Positions 56,821-64,000 of a stretch of 64,000 bases of DNA are shown here, one piece after another; within the stretch, counting starts at the first letter, position 1; each line of letters begins with the position of its first letter. Under the pieces are notes generated by a model that was not told the DNA's origin, searched no databases, and worked only from the letters and a program-made list of their open reading frames with translations. Source of the stretch: Candidatus Omnitrophota bacterium (lineage in GTDB: Bacteria > Omnitrophota > Gorgyraeia > JABMRG01); contig JBDRAM010000042.1 in NCBI GenBank assembly GCA_043823785.1, positions 1,563 to 65,562 on the forward strand, in the 5' to 3' direction. The translations under genes and the position numbers were made by a program.

Positions 56821-57467
56821 AATTAATAGAAGATCCTAAGTCTAAAACAGCTTCGAAGGCTCAGGCTGTAAAAAGGAAAGGTATAAGCCTGTTTTCTCCG
56901 GGCGCATGGCTCGGGAGGACATCTTTTTTAAAGAAAGGGCTTGGCAGCTGGCTTAAGAGTGAAGGCCTAAAGCTATTAAATGTAAAGGTATTAAATAGGA
57001 CATTAGGCCTGTGCAATTTTATGCTGATAGCCTATCTTGCTGTCAACTTTTCAAACTCTATGATAGAGTTTAAGAATAAGCCTGACCTTGGGTTGAGTGC
57101 CAAGATCGCTAAAAAATCTCCAGAAATAATAGAAGTGGCCTCGCTTCTTAAGGATGAGCCATATTATTTGAATAAAATAGGTGAAAGAAATATATTCGAG
57201 ATGGGCAAGATAGAAAGTGATGATATAATAGGTGAGCCGCAGGTGCAGCTTACTCCTACAGCATCACCTGCTATAGAAGCAACGCAGCACCTGAAACTAG
57301 TCGGCATATCGTGGTCTAATGAACCTGATGCTATGGTTGAAGATACAAGGGCGCTTAGGACATTTTTTGTAAAAAAGGGCCAACTGGTTGGTGAGGTTAG
57401 GGTTAAAGATATTCTTAGGGACAGGATTATACTGACATACCAGGGCGATGAGGTGGAATTGAGATGA
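56778..57467 (+). CDS. GspC/PilP-like membrane protein
   Basis: Single TM, RNIF, LKLVGISWS...AMVED...FVKKGQ...VKDILRDRIIL. Confidence 0.7.
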   Translation: MAQERPDTPEKQLLKLIEDPKSKTASKAQAVKRKGISLFSPGAWLGRTSFLKKGLGSWLKSEGLKLLNVKVLNRTLGLCNFMLIAYLAVNFSNSMIEFKNKPDLGLSAKIAKKSPEIIEVASLLKDEPYYLNKIGERNIFEMGKIESDDIIGEPQVQLTPTASPAIEATQHLKLVGISWSNEPDAMVEDTRALRTFFVKKGQLVGEVRVKDILRDRIILTYQGDEVELR

Positions 57468-59284
57468 GAAATAGCCACATCTGTATATCAAGGGTTTTTA
57501 AATTAATAGTTTCAGTAGTTTTTTTACTGGATTTTTCATGCATAGAGCATACGATAGCTGCTGAATCAGAGCTTACGCAATTGGCCCAGGCAGCTGTAAA
57601 CGCGCCCATGGAACAGACAGATATAGCGCCTATCATAAGCGGCATGGGGGGAAAGATCTCACTGGACCTTCGCAATATAGATGTAATGGACGCGCTTAAA
57701 TTCCTGGCTATGAAGACAAGGATGAATATCGTTGCTACAAAGAATGTTACAGGAAGGGTCACGCTTTCGGTAGACAATGTAATGGTAAGAGATATATTCG
57801 ATATAATGCTTCGATCAAACGAGCTGGCCTACGTGGAGCAGGGAAACATCTATAATGTTATGACAGAGGATGAATACAGGACACTTTTTGGCAGGAGTTT
57901 TTCGGATATGCGCAAGGTAAGGACATTCAAGCTTCAATACGTTATACCTGAACAGGGGTTTAGCCTTTTAGATACCTTAAAAAGCACCATAGGCAGAGTG
58001 CTTGTTGAGCCGGATTCGGGCACTGTATTGATCATGGATACGCCTGAGAAGATAGAGGAGATCGAAAAGGCCTTAGAAGAGTTCGAAACGAGAAATGAGG
58101 TAAAGGTCTTTGACTTACAATACGCGTTAGCAAAAGACGTGGAAGAACAGCTTAAGCCGCAGCTAAACGCGAAAAAGGTAGGTACCATAAAAGCGGATGA
58201 ACGTACAAATCAGATTATTGTACAGGCGCTGCCAGGCAGAATGAAGGAGATAGAGGAGTTGGTAATAGCCCTGGATCAGAAGACGCAGCAGGTCATAATA
58301 GATGCTAAGATAATAAAGATAAAGTTTACCGATGCAACAAAAAAAGGGCTTGAGTGGGAAGGTATTTTAAAAAGAGGCGAGCGCATAGGTTCAGCATATT
58401 TGGGCTCTTATCCATTCAGCGCTATCCAGGCAGCTACAGATGTATTCAGGACCAGAAGCCAGGTTTTAGATGATCTGGGTGGTGAGATAGGCTCTATTCC
58501 TTTTAGCGGCTACAGTACTAATTATGGAGGCACAACAAAGACTACTTTTGGTGAGGATATGCACCTGGGCCTCATACATCCTGAGGCAGATGTCGACCTT
58601 CTCATAAATTATCTTAATACAATAGGCAAGACGCAGATCCTTTCAAGCCCAAGGATATCCGCTATTAATAATCAGGAGGCAAAGATACATGTGGGTGAGC
58701 GCCAGGCTTATGTTACTACAACTACTACCAGCGGCCAGACGACGACAACCGTTTCAGAAGAGGTGACATTTATAGATGTGGGTATTCAGTTATCCGTTAC
58801 GCCGGTTATAAATGAAGAAGGCTATGTAAGGATGAAGATAAAGCCTGAGATATCAGCTGTGGTAGATACCTTGGTTACGCCATCGGGTAATAGAATTCCT
58901 ATAATAGATACTTCTACGGCGGAAACGACTGTTTTAGTAAAAGATGGAACCACTATCATAATAGGAGGATTGCAGAAGGAAGAGTCGACAGACAATAAGA
59001 AACAATTCCCTATTTTAGGCAATATACCGATATTAGGTTTTTTCTTCGGTACTGATACCAAGACAACGATAAGGACAGAGCTTATGATAATGCTCACCCC
59101 TACAATAGTAATCGGCGATAAGCTGACAACCGGAGATGAGAGAGACTTCAAGTATGAGCCCGCGAGAGGCTACGATGAGTATGAGAATTTCAGCGAGGAC
59201 AAAGATATGATAAAGCCCACGCAGGAGCCCGAGGAGAGGATAAAGCCTTATATGCCGTATGAGATGGAAAAGGGCGCGTCTTGA
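57464..59284 (+). CDS. Second secretin (GspD/PilQ/MshL family)
   Basis: ISLDLRNIDV (STN), two N domains, DERTNQI, QVIIDAKI, LSSPRI, LSVTPVIN, PILGNIPILGFFF, ELMIMLTP. Confidence 0.9.
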   Translation: MRNSHICISRVFKLIVSVVFLLDFSCIEHTIAAESELTQLAQAAVNAPMEQTDIAPIISGMGGKISLDLRNIDVMDALKFLAMKTRMNIVATKNVTGRVTLSVDNVMVRDIFDIMLRSNELAYVEQGNIYNVMTEDEYRTLFGRSFSDMRKVRTFKLQYVIPEQGFSLLDTLKSTIGRVLVEPDSGTVLIMDTPEKIEEIEKALEEFETRNEVKVFDLQYALAKDVEEQLKPQLNAKKVGTIKADERTNQIIVQALPGRMKEIEELVIALDQKTQQVIIDAKIIKIKFTDATKKGLEWEGILKRGERIGSAYLGSYPFSAIQAATDVFRTRSQVLDDLGGEIGSIPFSGYSTNYGGTTKTTFGEDMHLGLIHPEADVDLLINYLNTIGKTQILSSPRISAINNQEAKIHVGERQAYVTTTTTSGQTTTTVSEEVTFIDVGIQLSVTPVINEEGYVRMKIKPEISAVVDTLVTPSGNRIPIIDTSTAETTVLVKDGTTIIIGGLQKEESTDNKKQFPILGNIPILGFFFGTDTKTTIRTELMIMLTPTIVIGDKLTTGDERDFKYEPARGYDEYENFSEDKDMIKPTQEPEERIKPYMPYEMEKGAS

Positions 59285-59300
59285 TTTTTGAAAGGATTTA

Positions 59301-59395
59301 AGATCCTTCGGTCCCCTGCGGGGACCTCAGGATAAATTCGCACTTATAAGTTATGTCGTTCTTCGACAAGCTTAGGACTCCATAACTTATGTGCT
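59301..59395. repeat. REP-like hairpin cluster
   Basis: GGTCCC..GGGACC inside ATCCT..AGGAT; ATAAGTTATG..CATAACTTAT stem. Confidence 0.55.
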
Positions 59396-59414
59396 CATTT
59401 AGAAAGGGAAAAAA

Positions 59415-60506
59415 ATGAATAAATTTAAGATGATGGCGATATGTGTAGGTATTCTAGTTTTTGTAGAAGGCGCGGGGGTCCTCTATTTTGCTCACAGGGC
59501 TCAGGCGCTTTCCGAGGAGCTGGAGAATGTCGCTCCTGGATTGAAAGAGGAGTTAAACATTCTCAAAAAAGAGAAACAAAAGCTGGAAGAAGAGCGCAGC
59601 AGCCTCGCGGATGAGAACGAAAGAATAAAGAAGGATAGAGAGAATCTACTGGCGCAGACGAAGTTTCTCTTAAATCATAAAGCAAAGGCTGAGGAGCTTG
59701 ATAATGCCATGAAGGCCCTTGAGGCTAAGAAGCAGGAGATAGAGACGGGATTGACATCAAGGAATAAGGAGCTCGAGGATACCTTAAGAAGCGAAAGAGA
59801 GAAATTTGGCACAGAACACAGCGCGTTAAAACAGCAGAACAGCAAGCTGCAGGGTGTTGTAAAACAGCTTATGTATATACAGAAAGAGGTTGAAAGCGAA
59901 AGGGACTATCTTCAGGAAGCCTATGATAAGCTGAAAGATAAATCTACCATAACGGAATTTAAGAAAACAATATCCAATATTACCAAGGATAACAAGGACC
60001 TGGATAATAAGTTTAAGCTCGCGGAAAGAGACACTGAGAAACTAAAAGATCTAAAGAATAAAGCTGACGCGAGGATAGAAAGCTTAGAAACAAGCCTAGA
60101 TGAATATAAGAAGAATTATGATGATGCTAAGAAGAAAAACAATGCTCTTGAGAAAGAGGTAAAGAATATGCCTAAGAAGTTTCAAGAGCTATCCAGGCAG
60201 AACAGAACCCTTATAAAAGAGACAGCCAAGACACATTATAATCTTGGCGTTTTTTACACAAAAGAGAAAGAATATGATAGGGGCGCTTCTGAGTTCGCGA
60301 AGGCTGTTGAGATAAATCCGGATGACGCGTATTCTCACTTCAACCTGGGTTATTTATATGCTGAGCATATGGTAAACCGCAAAAAGGCGCTAGAGCATTT
60401 CAGGCATTTTTTAAGGCTTGCTAAGGGCAATGATAAGGATATAGACTGGGTAAGAAAATATGTACTTACCTGGGATACATACGAAGGCCATAGCGCGTTT
60501 AAGTAA
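59415..60506 (+). CDS. Membrane-anchored coiled-coil protein with C-terminal TPRs
   Basis: N-terminal TM, ~240-aa coiled coil, HYNLGVFY and HFNLGYLY TPR motifs. Confidence 0.82.
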   Translation: MNKFKMMAICVGILVFVEGAGVLYFAHRAQALSEELENVAPGLKEELNILKKEKQKLEEERSSLADENERIKKDRENLLAQTKFLLNHKAKAEELDNAMKALEAKKQEIETGLTSRNKELEDTLRSEREKFGTEHSALKQQNSKLQGVVKQLMYIQKEVESERDYLQEAYDKLKDKSTITEFKKTISNITKDNKDLDNKFKLAERDTEKLKDLKNKADARIESLETSLDEYKKNYDDAKKKNNALEKEVKNMPKKFQELSRQNRTLIKETAKTHYNLGVFYTKEKEYDRGASEFAKAVEINPDDAYSHFNLGYLYAEHMVNRKKALEHFRHFLRLAKGNDKDIDWVRKYVLTWDTYEGHSAFK

Positions 60507-60538
60507 GGTCTAGGCTGTAGGTTCTAGGTTGTAGGGTA
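60507..60538. repeat. Heptamer array GGTCTAG/GCTGTAG/GTTCTAG/GTTGTAG
   Basis: 7-bp periodicity; same style as the 3726 and 4654 elements. Confidence 0.6.
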
Positions 60539-60539
60539 T

Positions 60540-61055
60540 ATGGCAAAAATTCTTCATATTATACTAATTCCAATCACAATATTATTTTTAACCATATCAT
60601 GCGGTGTTGCGCATGCCAAAGGCGTAGATTTTGTTATATCATCCGATAAGGCGGAATATAGCAAGGCAGATGCTATAAATATAACATTCAAAATAGTAAA
60701 CAAAAGCAAAGAAGAGATATATATCAATCAGCGCTTCTATATAAATTCTGCGGATACAGAAGAAGGAGAAAGGGAGGTCTACTTTAGGGTTACTTCTCCT
60801 TCAGGTGAAGAATTATCCTGTAAACATAAGAGTGACACAGGTTTTCCAAGGACAGATGATTTTGTATTATTAAAAACAGGTAATGAAATACAAGGGGACA
60901 GGCCTAAAAATATAAAAGGCCTTTTTGATTTTGATAGTACCGGAACTTATGAGATACAAGCAACGTACAAAAATATATATGGTAAAGAAATAGGGCTTGA
61001 TGTTTTTAAAGAAAAGATCGATTCTAAACCAATAAAAATAAAGATAGCGGAATGA
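60540..61055 (+). CDS. Exported Ig-like beta-sandwich protein
   Basis: Signal peptide (AHA-K); SDKAEY, ITFKIVN, GTYEIQATY. Confidence 0.7.
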   Translation: MAKILHIILIPITILFLTISCGVAHAKGVDFVISSDKAEYSKADAINITFKIVNKSKEEIYINQRFYINSADTEEGEREVYFRVTSPSGEELSCKHKSDTGFPRTDDFVLLKTGNEIQGDRPKNIKGLFDFDSTGTYEIQATYKNIYGKEIGLDVFKEKIDSKPIKIKIAE

Positions 61056-62617
61056 GTTATATGATATACATATACTATCATTGCGAGGAGATTCGTAGTT
61101 CTGTCATTGCGAGCCGCCGAAGGCGGCGCGGCAATCTCTCTTTTTGGGATTGCTTCGCTTCGCTCGCAATGACGGTAGCGTTAATGTGCCTCTTAATTTT
61201 TTCGGGCCATGGCTTTTGCGAAGAGCAACCCTCGCAAAATGTAATAATGGGTGAGGCATTCGGTAAACCTGTTACTGTTGAGAATTTCAATTATTATTAT
61301 AAGACAGCCGCTGTTTTTACGCGCAGCGGTAAGGAGTCAAGAGACGAGGAAGATGTAAGGCAGGAGGCGTGGCAGAATCTGGTATTCAGGCATGAGGCCA
61401 GGGAACTGGATATTACCATAGAGCCCGAGAAACTAAAAGAGGACATAAAGCGCCTTATGGATGAGAAGGGTGTAGCGCATGGCAGCCAGGAGTACCGCGA
61501 TTGGGTTGAAAATGAGTTTGGCGAGGATGTTAAAACTTTCGAAAGACGCATCGAAGATCTATTGATAATAAACAAGTTTATTGATATAAAATTTAACCCT
61601 GAGATAATAATTTCAGAGGAAGAGGTAAAGCAGAAGTTCCTGAACCAGTACAACTCCTTTGAAAGTGAATATATAGGTTTTGAGAGCGAAGAAGATGCCA
61701 AGGAGTTCCATAAAAAGCTAAAGACTAACCCTAAGCTATGGAAAGATACATATGATGAGAAAAGAAAGCTGGGCCAAAAAGGGGCCGCATGGATAAACAT
61801 AATGACATTAGAGGCATTAATAGATCTCTGGAAGATACCTAAAGATGACGCTTACCGCATATTAAGCCGCAAGGAAGGGGATTTCATTGCGGCAAAGTAT
61901 TATTATGGCGACGCGGTATTTCGCCTCTTGCGCAGAAGAGAAGCGGATATGAGTATGTATACAGATAATAAAAAGGAATATCTAAGGAGCATGATATTAA
62001 GGCAAAGAAAGCAAAAGGCTGTAAGAGATTATTTCGAAGGCCTGCTTAAGAGGGCAAACCATAGGGATTATATACATGAACAGAAACTTGCTATTAAAGT
62101 AGAAGAGCTAAAACTTAAATCTTTACTTGCATTAGAGACAAATAGAGGTATAATAGTACTAAGGCTTTTTCCTGATATAGCGCCTAAGGCCTGTGAGAAC
62201 TTTATCGGCCTGGCGGAAAAAGGCTACTATGACGGTATAATATTTCACCGCGTGGTAAAAGATTTTGTTATACAGACAGGAGACCCCACAGGAACAGGCA
62301 CAGGCGGTGAATCGATCTGGGGTGAGCCTTTCAAGAATGAGATAAGTGAGGATGTTTCTTTTGACAAGCCAGGCATTCTAGGCATGGCAAATTCAGGCCC
62401 GGATACCAATAGCAGTCAGTTCTTTATAACTACCAAAGAAGCCCCGAGCCTGAATAAAAAATATACCATATTCGGCGAAGTAATAGAGGGCCTTGATGTT
62501 GTTAAGAAAATAGAAAGTACGCCTGTTGATGAGAAAGATAATCCTAGAAAAGAGCAGAAAATAGTAAAAGCATATATAAAAGGTATGCCCCATAAAGAGA
62601 AAGAAAAGGGCATCTGA
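61052..62617 (+). CDS. SurA-N-like domain fused to cyclophilin-type PPIase
   Basis: C-terminal APKACENF, FHRVVKDFVIQTGDP, GMANSGPDTNSSQFFIT, YTIFGEV; helical SurA-like N-half; start 61052 or 61169. Confidence 0.85.
   Translation: MSYMIYIYYHCEEIRSSVIASRRRRRGNLSFWDCFASLAMTVALMCLLIFSGHGFCEEQPSQNVIMGEAFGKPVTVENFNYYYKTAAVFTRSGKESRDEEDVRQEAWQNLVFRHEARELDITIEPEKLKEDIKRLMDEKGVAHGSQEYRDWVENEFGEDVKTFERRIEDLLIINKFIDIKFNPEIIISEEEVKQKFLNQYNSFESEYIGFESEEDAKEFHKKLKTNPKLWKDTYDEKRKLGQKGAAWINIMTLEALIDLWKIPKDDAYRILSRKEGDFIAAKYYYGDAVFRLLRRREADMSMYTDNKKEYLRSMILRQRKQKAVRDYFEGLLKRANHRDYIHEQKLAIKVEELKLKSLLALETNRGIIVLRLFPDIAPKACENFIGLAEKGYYDGIIFHRVVKDFVIQTGDPTGTGTGGESIWGEPFKNEISEDVSFDKPGILGMANSGPDTNSSQFFITTKEAPSLNKKYTIFGEVIEGLDVVKKIESTPVDEKDNPRKEQKIVKAYIKGMPHKEKEKGI
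61078..61173. repeat. RPE-like palindromic element within the 5' end of the PPIase ORF
   Basis: GTCATTGCGAGC (61103-61114) and GCTCGCAATGAC (61162-61173); internal GCAATC/GATTGC. Confidence 0.8.
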
Positions 62618-62732
62618 TTACAAAGATTAAAAAATGAGATTATGACAGTTAAAACATTAATCTCTGTAATCTAAATCAATCACAGTAATCAGGTATAATC
62701 TTTGCTTATACCTGATAATTATACCAGGAGGA
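62585..62732. repeat. ~150-bp structured GATT/AATC element ending in an RBS (copy of 41758-41906)
   Basis: Aligned by eye; encodes the last codons and stop of the PPIase. Confidence 0.8.
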
Positions 62733-62736
62733 GTAG

Positions 62737-63579
62737 ATGGATAAAGGCGCATTTTATAAGATCTCAAGGTTGAGCATATTTTTGATAATGGTATCTTTAA
62801 TATTATCTTATCCTGTTCCAAGCCAAACGGCATGGGGCAAGGGTGAGGCAGAGGCAAAGGCCGCGAAAGAAGCCAAAGAGGCCGAAGAAGCGAAAAAAGC
62901 CAAGATGGCAGCCATTGAAAAAAAGAGGCAGATGATAAAGGTTGTAAAAGAGAAGCTAAACAATACTGCCTGGAATATAGAGATCAAAAAACTGGGCAGC
63001 GCTGGTAAAGACAAGAAGCCAGAGATCATTAATGATAGATTGAATTTTGTAAACAACCAGGTAGGGTCTGCTATGCTGGGGCGTGATGGTTTTTCCAATA
63101 CAAACTTCTCCGTAAGAATAAATGAGAGCAGAGGCCCTACAGGTAAAGATCTTATTATCTGGGAGACTATGCAGACAAGTGAAGAGAAGGGGCTTTCATT
63201 TTGGAGAGGTGAGTTTGAAGAAGGTGATACCACAATGCGCGGCGCGTTAAGCCGGCACTATGATAAAGAAAATATTGAGAATTATACGTTTTCCGGCGTA
63301 AAAGGAGATATTGCAGAAGCCCCTGCTCCTGAAGCAGAAGAAGCGGTTGTGGTTGAACCAGCTAAAGAGGATGTAGGAGCCCGCCTGCCCCTAGAAGCTA
63401 GTGGCGGACAGGCTGCCTCCGGCGGCGAATTAGAAGAGAAAGTAGTTGAGAAGGCCGAAGAAATAATAAAGAAAACCGAAGAAAAGGCGGAAGAAAAGAT
63501 TAAAAAAGCAGAGCCTGAAGAAAAGAAAGAATCCGCAGCCCCAGCCAAGAAAGAGAAGAAAAAAAGAGGGCTTTGGTAA
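62737..63579 (+). CDS. Exported hypothetical protein with beta domain and E/K/A-rich tail
   Basis: Signal peptide/TM; WETMQ..WRGE core; low-complexity C-terminus. Confidence 0.7.
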   Translation: MDKGAFYKISRLSIFLIMVSLILSYPVPSQTAWGKGEAEAKAAKEAKEAEEAKKAKMAAIEKKRQMIKVVKEKLNNTAWNIEIKKLGSAGKDKKPEIINDRLNFVNNQVGSAMLGRDGFSNTNFSVRINESRGPTGKDLIIWETMQTSEEKGLSFWRGEFEEGDTTMRGALSRHYDKENIENYTFSGVKGDIAEAPAPEAEEAVVVEPAKEDVGARLPLEASGGQAASGGELEEKVVEKAEEIIKKTEEKAEEKIKKAEPEEKKESAAPAKKEKKKRGLW

Positions 63580-63637
63580 ATAATATATATATTTCGTCAT
63601 TGCGAAACAATCTCAATCCACGTGTTTCTTTAATCTT

Positions 63638-63667
63638 AAAAAACCAGGCAACTCGCCTGGTTTTTTT
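63638..63667 (+). terminator. Intrinsic (possibly bidirectional) terminator
   Basis: A6-CCAGGC-AACTC-GCCTGG-T7. Confidence 0.75.
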
Positions 63668-63748
63668 GGAGTCTTTTAACCACAGATGTTCACAGATATC
63701 TGTGCCAATCTGTGCAATGAACAAAAATATTTAAATAAAAGGAATAAC

Positions 63749-64000
63749 ATGGCACGGTTACCAAGGGTTTATGTCGAGGGTATTCTTTATTATGTTACTT
63801 CAAAAAGCGGACACAACGAAGACCTATTTTTAGACTCCGCTGATTACAAAGAATACATCTCTCTTATAGACAGATATAAGAGGCAGTATGGATTTAAACT
63901 TTACGCGTATACGCTCCTGCCAAAACACCTACACATGCTTATTGAATTAAAAAATAATATAGGCATCTCAAATATAATGCATGATATAAATTCACTGTAC
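63749..64000 (+). CDS. RAYT/IS200-like HUH (Y1) transposase-family protein, runs off window
   Basis: Manual translation: MARLPRVYVEGILYYVTSKSGHNEDLFLDSADYKEYISLIDRYKRQYGFKLYAYTLLPKHLHMLIELKNNIGISNIMHDINSLY; HLH motif; AAGGA RBS. Confidence 0.82.
   Translation, partial: MARLPRVYVEGILYYVTSKSGHNEDLFLDSADYKEYISLIDRYKRQYGFKLYAYTLLPKHLHMLIELKNNIGISNIMHDINSLY

Overview
Moderately AT-rich bacterial chromosomal window, almost entirely on the + strand. Gene content and intergenic repeat style suggest a PVC-superphylum organism such as Ca. Omnitrophota; this is inference, not demonstrable here. 1-20 kb: housekeeping run (cysE, cysS, tmk, holB, PSP1/RicT, metG, tatD, CPBP protease, mtnA, thiL, tsaE, tsaB, alr) interleaved with putative glycan-modification genes. 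20-34 kb: type IV pilus/T2SS-like operon (small MerR-type HTH, PilM-PilN fusion, PilO, PilP-like, secretin, PilB, PilC, major pilin) flanked by GT-C-like membrane proteins. 34-37.7 kb: IS66-family element carrying a DUF4338 gene between 20-bp inverted repeats, then a RelE-like toxin-antitoxin pair. 37.8-48.6 kb: pckG, def, two PAS kinase/receiver pairs, tRNA-Leu(CAG), an IS1634 remnant and a minor-pilin cassette. 48.7-64 kb is the best candidate for an undescribed system. It holds a ~2240-aa exported dumbbell protein (two related beta-barrel-like domains joined by ~1950 aa of coiled coil), followed by a second MerR-headed operon (ExeA-like ATPase, GspC/PilP-like protein, second secretin, coiled-coil/TPR protein, SurA-like-cyclophilin fusion) and a divergent RAYT-like HUH gene. 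Many intergenic gaps hold palindromic or 7-/9-mer repeat elements, several of which have entered coding sequences.
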